A stretch of 64,000 nucleotides of DNA from Candidatus Woesearchaeota archaeon (GTDB taxonomy: Archaea; Nanobdellota; Nanobdellia; SCGC-AAA011-G17; UBA489), in NCBI GenBank assembly GCA_964367375.1, contig CAYIXG010000004.1, forward strand, positions 59,556 through 123,555, read 5' to 3'. The notes under the pieces are model-generated. The model saw only the letters and a list, made by a program, of their open reading frames with translations. It did not search any database and was not told the DNA's origin. How positions within the stretch are numbered: the stretch's first letter is position 1; every line of letters begins with the position of its first letter. Below are positions 18,392-28,400 of the stretch, piece by piece. A program made the position numbers and the translations under genes.

Positions 18392-20284
18392 GTGTTTATC
18401 ATTACCAAACTTATTTTCCTTTTCCTTCTCTTGTCTTTTCTCTTTGTTAGTGCAGTCGCAGCACAAGTCATCTTTCCCGCTCCTATTCCCATCACCATCC
18501 GTGATTCATTAACGAGAACACAGCATAACGTGCTTCTTGTAGGAGCTGATACCACCTCAGGAAATGCAGTAGAAAGCGATCGAGGACCTGATCCTCATGA
18601 TTCAGGAAGCATTCTCTACTTTTCCAGCGCAGCAGGAGCAACCTCTTTCATCCCAGGAGATGTTAATATTCCAGGGCCTGCAAACACAGACACTCTCGAA
18701 TTCACCGCAAACTTTGATGTCCTTACTTCCACAGGATGGGTGCCTGGAACAGGATACGTTATTGGCTTTATCTTTTCTTCCCTCTCTCCACGCCTCGGAC
18801 AAGAGAATGGTCTCGGAAATCCTTCCTTCGCAAGCATCGGCGGACCAACTTCTTATACCTCTTATAATAATAGATATGGAACTATCGTTCCTCCAGACAG
18901 ACACTATGGCGCACAAGCAATTGCTATCAATCCTCCTGGAGCACTCTCATCATATCCCTTTGCTGGAGGAGGATCCTTTACTTCTATTTTTGGACAAGGA
19001 GATATTGAAGGAAACATTGTCGCATTCGCTACTACTGAACCCATTCTTGCATCGGCAGTTACCACACAACCAGCATTTGCAACTGGTGCTTGTCCAGTAT
19101 TTCCTTCTCCTGCAGTTATCCTTAATGTTTTTCCTCCTGTAGGACCAATCACTTGTTATTACTTCAACAAATACATTGGATACGTTGACCTTTCCACCAT
19201 TACCCCTGCTACAGAAGGACTTCTTCTTCCCATTGCAGGATCTTCGGCAGCAACTTCTTCCGCTGCTACAACTCCAGGAGTATATGAAGACCATCCATCC
19301 GTTTCAGTAAATTCAATCGGTGAAACACTCATTGCCAGAGAAACAAACCTCGCCACTTTTCCTTCAACATCTTTTGATATTCAAGTTTATAACATTGCAA
19401 CTGCATCTGAAATAGCGATCATTCCTGAAATTGGATCTTCTCTCCGCAACCAACTCCTTCCCACTTTTGACTACCCTTTCATTGGATTCTTAGAACTTCC
19501 AAATCTTGTTTATCTGACTCCTGGCTTCCTCAACTTTCCCCCAGCAAATCTTCACCTTGCAGACATCTCTGGACCTATTGTCATTCGCACAACATCTCCT
19601 ATTGCACGAAGAGTTGTCAACTTCCCAAAACTTGCCTATGATCCAGCATCACAAACTGGCATCCTCGCATTTGAACAGTTAACTATCGGAGGAGGCCCCC
19701 TTATCATCAGTTATGTCCTTCTTAACGCAGGAGGCGTTGCCTCACCAGTCACTACAGTTCCCCTTCCTCCCGGAGCTGGAGGATTTGGAGGTCAAGGAAA
19801 CCTTGCAGTAACCTCAAATGGCGGTATACACACCATTTATTATGAAGCACTACGCGTCCTTCCTGGCGCGATAAGTCAAACACAAGAAATTTATGCATAT
19901 GATGTTTTAACCACTTCAAACACACTCCTTTTCTCAGACCCTCAAATTCAACTTCTTAATCCTACTCTTTATGGAGTGAACTCTTTTAGCGTCACTGGAA
20001 ATGGAAAACTTTTATCTGCAGTTACAGCTCCTGTAAATGGAGGAATTGTTACTCCCATTCTCATTAATATAGACATGAATGTTGGTGGATGCAGCATCTC
20101 TCCCTGCGCTGTGTATGAAAATGGCATATCTAATCGCGGACTTACTGGTGGGAATTCCTATATCTACCAAGAACCTATTCTCCTTGACAACAACGCCCAA
20201 ACTCCTCTCTATGCAGCACATATGCCTAATATCTTCCTCATCGGCACTACTCTTGGACGACTGGACATTGGCAATCTATACTAA
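18392..20284 (+). CDS. Secreted Gly/Pro/Thr/Ser/Asn-rich protein, possibly beta-propeller-like
   Basis: Signal peptide ending AVAA-Q; very few charged residues; short beta-strand-like repeats (GNIVAF, HPSVS, FPKLAYD, IYAYDV). Confidence 0.65.
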   Translation: MFIITKLIFLFLLLSFLFVSAVAAQVIFPAPIPITIRDSLTRTQHNVLLVGADTTSGNAVESDRGPDPHDSGSILYFSSAAGATSFIPGDVNIPGPANTDTLEFTANFDVLTSTGWVPGTGYVIGFIFSSLSPRLGQENGLGNPSFASIGGPTSYTSYNNRYGTIVPPDRHYGAQAIAINPPGALSSYPFAGGGSFTSIFGQGDIEGNIVAFATTEPILASAVTTQPAFATGACPVFPSPAVILNVFPPVGPITCYYFNKYIGYVDLSTITPATEGLLLPIAGSSAATSSAATTPGVYEDHPSVSVNSIGETLIARETNLATFPSTSFDIQVYNIATASEIAIIPEIGSSLRNQLLPTFDYPFIGFLELPNLVYLTPGFLNFPPANLHLADISGPIVIRTTSPIARRVVNFPKLAYDPASQTGILAFEQLTIGGGPLIISYVLLNAGGVASPVTTVPLPPGAGGFGGQGNLAVTSNGGIHTIYYEALRVLPGAISQTQEIYAYDVLTTSNTLLFSDPQIQLLNPTLYGVNSFSVTGNGKLLSAVTAPVNGGIVTPILINIDMNVGGCSISPCAVYENGISNRGLTGGNSYIYQEPILLDNNAQTPLYAAHMPNIFLIGTTLGRLDIGNLY

Positions 20285-20355
20285 ATTACTATTATGACCT
20301 CTCATCGAAACCTTTTAAAATAGACTCTTGAACATAACTTTTGGGGTTGTTATAT

Positions 20356-20850
20356 ATGAAACCAGCATGGATTGCAGTCTTACTCATCTTCGAATTTGCG
20401 CTTGGCATCACTGTCGGATACTTCTTTACAGATTATTTCACCTTAGAACAACCGCAACCATCTTCATTTCTCAGCTCTCCTGAACGAGTCAGCCCGTATG
20501 ACTTTGTTCGCGAAGACCAGATCAAACTTTCTCCTCATAAAGTAGAAATCTTGTTTCCTGACCACACTCTTGGCTGGGCGCGATATACTGATAGTAATTC
20601 CATGGATCCTACGCTTGACATTGGAACAAACGGCATTGAAATCATTCCAGAAAAACCCGAAGACATTCATGTGGGAAACATCATTGCATACAAGTATTAT
20701 GATGACATTCTCGTTCACCGCGTCATTGAAACAGGATATGACACTAATGGATGGTATGCAGTGACCAAAGGAGACAATAACGCTTTTCCTGACACTCGAA
20801 AAATACGATTTGCAAACGTTGTTGGGATGACCGTTGCGCTTATCTACTGA
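20356..20850 (+). CDS. Signal peptidase I (S26B/Sec11-like)
   Basis: N-terminal TM, SNSMDP (catalytic Ser), ILVHRV, TKGDNN. Confidence 0.85.
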   Translation: MKPAWIAVLLIFEFALGITVGYFFTDYFTLEQPQPSSFLSSPERVSPYDFVREDQIKLSPHKVEILFPDHTLGWARYTDSNSMDPTLDIGTNGIEIIPEKPEDIHVGNIIAYKYYDDILVHRVIETGYDTNGWYAVTKGDNNAFPDTRKIRFANVVGMTVALIY

Positions 20851-21089
20851 TTTTTTTCTTCAAATTGTGAGGCGCACTTTGATGAGCAGAACCGATATAC
20901 TGTTCCATTCATCTCTTCTTCAATCATATTTCGATCCAACATTTTCTTACACATTGCACACTCTGCAACCTTCTCTGCCTCTTCATATCCTTCCATGAAG
21001 GCTTCATCCACATTCGTGATTTCATCTTCCTCTTCCATCAACTCTTCCCTGCCTTCCTCAGAATATAAACCGTCTTCCTCGTCAACCAT
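20844..21089 (-). CDS. Small acidic-motif protein fused to a TRASH/eL24-like zinc finger
   Basis: MVDEEDGLYSEEGREELMEEEDEITNVDEAFMEGY...CAMC...YRFCSSKC; GGGGA SD before ATG 21089. Confidence 0.8.
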   Translation of the reverse strand: MVDEEDGLYSEEGREELMEEEDEITNVDEAFMEGYEEAEKVAECAMCKKMLDRNMIEEEMNGTVYRFCSSKCASQFEEKNQ

Positions 21090-21173
21090 ATTATTATCCC
21101 CTTGTTGCATACTCTTTTTCCACTCCTTTCACTCTTTTAAATTTTTCTTTTCAAGAATGCATATGTCAAGGAA

Positions 21174-21310
21174 GGGGTAGGTGGGGAAAAGAGGTGTTAG
21201 GGAAAAGATATAATAAAACCCACTCTACCCGATCCCGTGACTATGAAGTGAGGTTCTTTTTCAGCGATGATGGACTATCACTCTTTTAGGTGTGTCTTTC
21301 TCTCTACCCC
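21174..21310 (-). ncRNA. Candidate ~137-nt structured RNA of unknown class
   Basis: Minus-strand TTTTTATA box at 21340-21333; ends GGGGUAG/CUACCCC are complementary; further rod-like pairings; no convincing ORF. I see no 5S, SRP or RNase P signature. Confidence 0.35.
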
Positions 21311-21475
21311 CAGCCCCTTTATGTTCCACTCCTATAAAAAAGTATCGCTCTTTCCTGACTTATAATTATCTTATCTATCATATTTTTTATAACATATATT
21401 ATTAAACATTCTATTCACTTTGATTCCCCTTAGAAATGTTTATAATGTCCATTCTTTTCTTCGTTTCTGAAAAAG

Positions 21476-22636
21476 ATGGTGGACATTAGCGAACGAGAAA
21501 TTGAACTTCCAGACGCAGTTATTGGCAAACTCCTCAAAATCGCTTCAGAAGACAAAAACGTCCTCAGCTTAGGACCAGGAGAACCAGACTTTAACCTTCC
21601 CGCACCACTCTTAAAGATTTTACCCACTCTTGCAAAAAATTGCAACCACTACAGCGCCCCTGGAGGAAGAACAGAACTCAAAGAAGCACTCGTCAAAAAA
21701 CTCCAGAAAGAAAATAAGATCACTGCAACACCAGAAAACATCATTGTCACCTGCGGAAGCCAGGAAGCGCTCCTTCTTGCCATTGCATGCACCCTTGATG
21801 TCAGCGAGCAAGTGATCATTCCAAACCCGAGCTTTATGGGATACCTTCCCACATTCGAACTTCTTGATACTTTTCCTGTTTCACTCCCCCTTCTCGAAGA
21901 AGAGGAATGGAACATCAACCCCGATGCGCTGAAAAAACTCATCGACCCCAAAAAAACAAAAGTCCTCATTCTCAACACTCCTGCAAACCCCACAGGCAAT
22001 GTTCTGAGCAGAAAAATATTAGAAGAAATAGCAGACATCGCTATTGAATACAATCTGTATATCTTCAGCGATGAAGCGTATGAAAAACTGGTGTATGACA
22101 AACAACACGTGAGCATTGGCAGCTTCAACGGCATGCAGAACAATGTCGTTTCCTTTTACACCTTCAGCAAAACCTATGCCATGTGCGGCTTCAGAGTAGG
22201 CTATGCCGTTGGACCGCGACTATTAATTGAAGCCATGACAAAAACACACATTTACACCACACTCGCAGCACCCACCATCAGCCAGCAACTTGCTGTTCAT
22301 GCGCTTTCCCTCAACGCTTCTTATATTGAAAAAATGCGCAAGGCTTATGATACACGACGAAAATTTCTTGTGCAGCGATTGAATGAGATTGGATTGCCTA
22401 CAGTTATGCCTTATGGTGCATTCTACACCTTTTCCAATATTCACGCAGTCATTGATGACAGCTACAAATTCAGCTATGACCTCCTCAAAAAAGCGAAAGT
22501 TGCAGTCGTTCCTGGCAAAGAATTTGGCAGTTATGGCGAAGGATACATCAGATGCAGCTATGGCACAGACATAGCAGTTATCAAAAAAGCACTTGACAAA
22601 ATTGAAGCATATGTCAAGAAACACCAGAGGAAATAA
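21476..22636 (+). CDS. PLP-dependent aminotransferase class I/II (aspartate/aromatic type)
   Basis: GPGEPDF, NTPANPTG, SDEAY, FSKTYAMCGFRVGY, GEGYIRCSY. Confidence 0.94.
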   Translation: MVDISEREIELPDAVIGKLLKIASEDKNVLSLGPGEPDFNLPAPLLKILPTLAKNCNHYSAPGGRTELKEALVKKLQKENKITATPENIIVTCGSQEALLLAIACTLDVSEQVIIPNPSFMGYLPTFELLDTFPVSLPLLEEEEWNINPDALKKLIDPKKTKVLILNTPANPTGNVLSRKILEEIADIAIEYNLYIFSDEAYEKLVYDKQHVSIGSFNGMQNNVVSFYTFSKTYAMCGFRVGYAVGPRLLIEAMTKTHIYTTLAAPTISQQLAVHALSLNASYIEKMRKAYDTRRKFLVQRLNEIGLPTVMPYGAFYTFSNIHAVIDDSYKFSYDLLKKAKVAVVPGKEFGSYGEGYIRCSYGTDIAVIKKALDKIEAYVKKHQRK

Positions 22637-22642
22637 CTGCTC

Positions 22643-23359
22643 ATGAAACGCAACTGCATTATTCCTCAGCCTCACCTGGACATTACCAAACCTGCAGGCT
22701 TTTTCTTAGAACCTGCTATTTTTGGAGTGAATGATGGCATTGTCAGCATACTCGCGCTCATCGCAGGCTTTATTGCAGCAACAGTTGAAACAAAACTCAT
22801 CATCATCGGAGGACTTGTTGAAATCTTCTCCGGAGCAATATCCATGGCCATTGGAACTTATATCAGCACCAAAAGCAAACTCGAATTCTATGAAAATGAA
22901 ATCAGGCAAAGCCAATGCAACATCACCACAAACCCAACACTTGAGAAAAAACACTTAATTGCTTTATATCGTGAAAAAGGATTCAAAGGGAAAGAACTCA
23001 AACACATCGTTGCAAAAATCATGTCCAACAAAAAAGTCTGGAAACAAGTGGTTGTGCAAGAAGAACTTGGACTGACTGAATACCGCGTCTCCAAACCCTT
23101 TATTGCAGGGCTTGTCATGTTTTTTTCTTTTGTTTTCGCTTCCTTTATCCCGCTCCTCCCATTCTTCTTCCACCAAGGAACACCTGCTTTCCACATCTCT
23201 GCATTTAGCGGGTTACTCGTTCTCTTCTTTGTAGGGATGGCACGAACTTACTTCACTGGAAAACATCCCATTCGGAGCGGTATTGAAATGGTCCTCATTG
23301 GAGGCATAGCCACTCTCATAGCATATTCCATTGGCACCTTTGTTGGAAACTTATTTTAA
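22643..23359 (+). CDS. VIT1/CCC1 family Fe/Mn transporter
   Basis: IFGVNDGIVS, SGAISMAIGTYIS, EELG, FIPLLPF. Confidence 0.92.
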   Translation: MKRNCIIPQPHLDITKPAGFFLEPAIFGVNDGIVSILALIAGFIAATVETKLIIIGGLVEIFSGAISMAIGTYISTKSKLEFYENEIRQSQCNITTNPTLEKKHLIALYREKGFKGKELKHIVAKIMSNKKVWKQVVVQEELGLTEYRVSKPFIAGLVMFFSFVFASFIPLLPFFFHQGTPAFHISAFSGLLVLFFVGMARTYFTGKHPIRSGIEMVLIGGIATLIAYSIGTFVGNLF

Positions 23360-23378
23360 TTTTTTTTAAGAAAACTAT

Positions 23379-24401
23379 TTATATTTCCAACACAATTTTA
23401 CCTATATGCATTCTTTCTTCCATCCTTCTTTGTGCTTCTTTTGCATGAGCAAGAGGAAATACTTTATCAATAATAGGTTTACATTTTCCACTCTTTATTA
23501 TTTCCACTACTTTTTCAAACTCTTCTTTTGTTCCCATTCTCGCACCAAGAATTGTCAACTGACGTACATATACATCACTTAAATCTTGTGTGCCTCTATC
23601 TCCACTCGTCGTTCCTGCAATAACAACCCTTCCCAAAGGACGAAGCATTGAAAGACTTGTACTCCACGTTTTTTCCCCAACACTTTCAAACACTACATCA
23701 ACTCCCAAATTATTAGTCATTTTCTTAACTTCCTCTACCATATTTTGTTTTGTATACAAAACAACTTCATCAGCACCAATCTCTCTTATACGCATTGCAC
23801 TCTCTTCTGACTTTGTTGCAGCTATAACCTTTGCACCGAGATGCTTTGCAATTTGAATTGCAGATGAACCTAATCCTCCTGAAGCACCCCAAATAAAAAC
23901 AGTCTCTTCTTTTTGCAAATTTGCACGACCTACAAGCATGTGCCACGCAGTTAAAAATGTGAGAGGGAATGCTGCTGCTTCAATAAATGAAAGGTTCTTT
24001 GGTTTTTGATAGAGTTGTGCGATTGGCGCAACAACATATTCTGCATATCCTCCTTGATTTTTCACTCCAAAAATATTCACGCGTTCACACGCATTTCCTG
24101 TTTTACATCGCATACACGTGCTACATGGAATTGCTGGATTTATCACTATTTCATGACCTTTTTTCAATGTACTTTTCCCATTTATTTCTTCAATAATTCC
24201 AGCAACATCTGATCCAGGAATATGAGGCATTGGAATCTGGCGAGCATTCTTATTATCTTTACGCAACCAAATATCAAGATGATTCAGACTGCACGCACGT
24301 ACTCGAATTAATGCTTCACCCTCCTTTGGTTTAGGAATTGGCAATTCTCCATAATTGAGAACATTCACTCCTCCAGGTTTCTCAAAAAATACTGCTTTCA
24401 T
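23379..24401 (-). CDS. MDR-superfamily oxidoreductase (quinone reductase/ADH-like)
   Basis: SLNHLD and GSDVAG (catalytic-Zn ligands altered), structural CxxCxxC...C retained, GASGGLG, GKIVL. Confidence 0.9.
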   Translation of the reverse strand: MKAVFFEKPGGVNVLNYGELPIPKPKEGEALIRVRACSLNHLDIWLRKDNKNARQIPMPHIPGSDVAGIIEEINGKSTLKKGHEIVINPAIPCSTCMRCKTGNACERVNIFGVKNQGGYAEYVVAPIAQLYQKPKNLSFIEAAAFPLTFLTAWHMLVGRANLQKEETVFIWGASGGLGSSAIQIAKHLGAKVIAATKSEESAMRIREIGADEVVLYTKQNMVEEVKKMTNNLGVDVVFESVGEKTWSTSLSMLRPLGRVVIAGTTSGDRGTQDLSDVYVRQLTILGARMGTKEEFEKVVEIIKSGKCKPIIDKVFPLAHAKEAQRRMEERMHIGKIVLEI

Positions 24402-24484
24402 TATCTTATTATTTCAGCTTTACTTTTATATATCCTCCTTTTTTCCACAAACCTTTATAAATCTCTGCTTCAGCACTAGCTTTT

Positions 24485-24784
24485 ATGACTCCAGAAAAAG
24501 AACCTTTTAGTCGTATTGTCAAGACACCCTCAGGGAAAACCTATCGCATCGAATTTGATAGAGAGGGTTGCATCGGCGCAGCAGCATGCGTCGCCGCAGA
24601 TCCTAAGCATTGGATCATGCAAGCAGATGGGAAGCCCAATCTTCATGAAGCAACATCTGAAGGGCATACACAAACAAAAACGATTACTGATGCAGAATTA
24701 GAAGACAGCATTCGCGCAGCAGAAGTCTGCCCTGTACGAGTGATCAAAATCTTTGACGAAGAAGGCAATCAAATCGCGCCGTAA
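24485..24784 (+). CDS. Monocluster ferredoxin (probably 3Fe-4S)
   Basis: CIGAAAC (CxxAxxC) plus distal CPV. Confidence 0.88.
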   Translation: MTPEKEPFSRIVKTPSGKTYRIEFDREGCIGAAACVAADPKHWIMQADGKPNLHEATSEGHTQTKTITDAELEDSIRAAEVCPVRVIKIFDEEGNQIAP

Positions 24785-25095
24785 ACTTCCTTCAACTTCT
24801 CCATTTTCTTCTCTTCCTGTGCACCCGCTACTGTCATCTCTGTGATTATCATTGGCACTTCAACTTCTTCTTGCTTCACCCTTTGTTTTACAACACCCAT
24901 TTCTCTCTGAAAGCCATGCTCACTGAGATATTCCTTTATTTCATTCGTCTGGTCACTATATTGTTTTGGTTGTCTTTCATTAATTTTACTTACTAACGGC
25001 CTGGTAGAAAATCGTGCTGTGTTCACGTCAGCAAACGTCATCGGAAAATACTCTTTTAATTCCTTTAAACTCAACCGTCTTTCTTGTTGAAACAT
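24769..25095 (-). CDS. Small soluble protein ending in EKLKEVY
   Basis: GAGGTGA SD; 108 aa without TM; motifs shared with the tail of 25460-28552. Confidence 0.75.
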   Translation of the reverse strand: MFQQERRLSLKELKEYFPMTFADVNTARFSTRPLVSKINERQPKQYSDQTNEIKEYLSEHGFQREMGVVKQRVKQEEVEVPMIITEMTVAGAQEEKKMEKLKEVYGAI

Positions 25096-25265
25096 CTTGT
25101 TTCACCTCTTTCTTACCTTTTTTGAGCCCTTTCTTCTATATAAATATATAGATTCTCAAAAATGCGAATGCTCGTATTAATATAGGTATCTATAATGGTA
25201 TGAATATTAGTACCACTCTCCCATAGTCATAAACACTTTTAAAACACAACATCCTTGCACCAGCC

Positions 25266-25463
25266 ATGAAACTCGGGGAAAAGATCGAGCGAGACATTCT
25301 TCTCATCTTGAAAGATTATTCTTTTCCTGTCTCCACTCGAGAGCTTTGCTTGAAGATTGATCGTGCATGGCACTCTGTTAATACTCATTGCCTCAAACTG
25401 CAAATCTCTGGCAAGCTCAAAGGCTACAAAATAGGCAACATCAACGCGTGGTCACTCAAATGA
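25266..25463 (+). CDS. Small winged-HTH DNA-binding protein
   Basis: ILLILK...STRELCLKIDRAWHSVNTHCLKLQISGKL...IGNINAW; stop overlaps the next start (ATGA). Confidence 0.75.
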   Translation: MKLGEKIERDILLILKDYSFPVSTRELCLKIDRAWHSVNTHCLKLQISGKLKGYKIGNINAWSLK

Positions 25464-28400
25464 ATAATATATCATCACCCCGGATACTGTACCTCTTTTT
25501 GGCATTCATCATTCTCTTCACATCACTCGCGACTGCAACCCTTTTTTATATCAACACAGAATCAACATTCAACGAAGGAACTTATGACAACACTTTTTAT
25601 AACAGCACAATAGGAGCAGTGCAACTCAACGCAACATACACTCTCGGCAATTACACCAGCAAAGTCTTTGACGGAGGAAATGTTACATCCTGGGACAACA
25701 TCACCTGGACAGAAGGAGCACCATACAACGAAGAACTTCCTGACAACGCACAACGAGAACCAACACTTGGCGGTGTGGACATGAATGGAAATGTGCTCTT
25801 ATTGCACCTTAATGACGAAAATGGTGTCATTGCAGACACTTCAGGATCTGCAAATAATGGCACTGTTACTGGAGCAACAACAGGTGTTGGCGGAAGATAC
25901 ACCACTGCAATCAGCTTTGATGGAACAGATGACTCTCTCAGCATTCCACATTCCTCTTCCCTTAACATCACTGATGCATTAACTATTGAAACATGGATCA
26001 ATCCCTTTGGTGAAAGCAATATCACTATTGGCACTATCAACGACACTCTTACAGACACCTTCGAATTTGACACAGCAGACGCTCAAGAACCTTCCTTCAT
26101 TCCAGTTGAAAATGATGTGTATGCTATTGCCTACGAAGGACCTGGATCTGATGGCTTCATCACCACCTTCTCCATTTCATCTACTGGAGACATCGGATCA
26201 GCACTCAGCACTTTTGAATATGATACCTCTGATGGCATTGAATCAGACCTGCTTCACATTTCAGACACTACCTATGCTGTTGCGTATACTGGACCAGGAA
26301 ATGATGGATTTGTTGCCACCCTTCCTATCTATCCCAATGGAACCATTGACTCAGTCATGAATAGCCTTGAATTTGACACTTCAGACGCGGGAGAGTCAGA
26401 CATCGTGCACATTGGAGACACAACTTATGCCATTGCGTATACTGGACCAGGAAATGATGGATTCTTGATTACTCTTCCTCTTCATCCAAACGGAACCATT
26501 GGGTCAATCATTAATAGCTTTGAATTTGACACCTCAAATGCACAAGAACCCTTCATCCTTTCCGTCACCGGAGACATATATGCCATTGCGTACAGCGGAC
26601 CAAGCAATGATGGATTCTTGATTACTCTTCCTCTTCATCCAAACGGAACCATTGGATCAGTCATAGACACTCTAGAATTTGACACTGCAGACACAAACAG
26701 ACCGCAACTCATTTCCATTGAAGGAACAACTTATGCAATCAGCTATGACGGATCAAACGGCAATGGATTTATCGCAACAGTTGACATTGCTGCTGACGGA
26801 CAAATTTCAAACACTGTCCTCAACAACTTTGAATATGACATTCTTGATGGCACTGAATCAAGCATCATCCCTGTCGCACGAAACGTGTATGCGCTCAGCT
26901 ACAGAGGGGAAAACGGAGACGGTTTTATCGTTACTCTTTTCATTCAGCCCGATGGCACGATCATCCCTTCTTATGCTGATAAACTTGAATTTGATATTGG
27001 AGATGGTCGTGAATCTACACTCCTTCACATTACTGGGAATACATATGCTGTCGCATACCGAGGACCTGGTGACGATGGATTTGTGAACACATTCACCATT
27101 GTTACTCATAAAGGCATCTTCAAAGCAGGAGCATATGAGATTGATGCAAATTCCACAACCGCATTTGCAATCGCAAATGGTACACTTACTGCGCCACTCT
27201 CTCCGGGATGGAATCACGTTGTGTTTACTTATGATACAACTGCTGCGAATGACCAGCAACAACTCTATGTTAATGGACAACTCAGCGCGAGCACCACCTT
27301 CTCTCAACCGCTCAACACCAGTACACATCCACTCACCATTGGAGAATACCTGAATGCGACTCTCGATGAGTTTGCTCTGTATAACAGGGCTTTGAGCGCA
27401 TCAGAAGTTCTTGATAGATATAAACGAGGCATCCTCAACCTCACACTCTTCGTTCGGAGCTGCACTGCACCAGACTGCTCAGACAATACACTCTGGGACA
27501 CTTCTTTCGGAACATCACCTGGAATTCTTTCTCTTCCTAACAATACCTATCTTCAATATAGAGCACACTTCACGACTGAAAGTGCAGCGTACAGCCCTGA
27601 ACTCCTTAATGTGACTCTTTCCTCAACAGACAGCAATGCACCCCCATCAACACCTCTCTTGAATGAACCAGCAAATAACTCAAATATAGCACTCTCTAGC
27701 GTCATCTTGAACGCCACTGTTGCTGATCCTGAAGGAGGATTGCTTACTGTCTTTTTCATCGGAAACAATGATATTATTAACACCACTATTGATGTTTTTA
27801 ATGCTTCAGATGTGTCATATAACTGGACTGGATTGTCTGATGGAGCATACACCTGGAGTGTCATTGCAAACGATGGAACAACAAACACCTCATCAGAAAC
27901 ATTCTCCTTTACTGTTAGTATTCCTTCCTCATCATCACCCTCAGGAGGACCGGGCTCTTCTTCTCCTGAAGGAATAACAAGCAGTGGAGTTGAAACAAAT
28001 CCCCAAACAGGACAATCTATTCGACCATCACCTCCAGGGCAGACAGCACCATCTCCTCAAGCTGCTACACCACCTTCTCCAGCACCATCACCCTCAGCAT
28101 CTCCTCCAGCAGCACCACCAATTACTGGAGCAGCAGCTCTTGAAGGACAACCTGAACACATTTCCGGATTTTCTATCAAGAACTTCTTCACTTCCCTTAT
28201 TCCGTCAACTCTTGATGCTGTTCTTGCAATCCTTTTCCTCTTTGTACTTATTTTCACCCTCATCATGCTCTTGAAAACAAAAAGCTTCCGCATATTCACT
28301 CGCGTACCACGCACTTCACGCCCTGTTTTTGCCCGTTACCAGTCATATAAGCAAGAAGTCATCAACAAAGACATCCACTCCTACTTAGGAAGAAGATATA

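Noticed and set aside
18389..18403. Non-canonical ATT start after a GAGGTG SD
   Set aside because: A TATA box ~25 nt upstream makes a near-leaderless GTG start at 18392 equally plausible; not decidable from sequence
21174..21310. 5S rRNA, SRP RNA, RNase P RNA or fluoride riboswitch
   Set aside because: No CCGAAC loop, no GGAA tetraloop with AGCA motif, no GAGGAAAGUCC, no fluoride consensus; kept only as an unclassified candidate
26054..27101. 153-bp periodic repeats as a CRISPR array or DGR
   Set aside because: In-frame coding repeats with no unique spacers, no cas genes, no reverse transcriptase and no adenine-specific mismatch pattern
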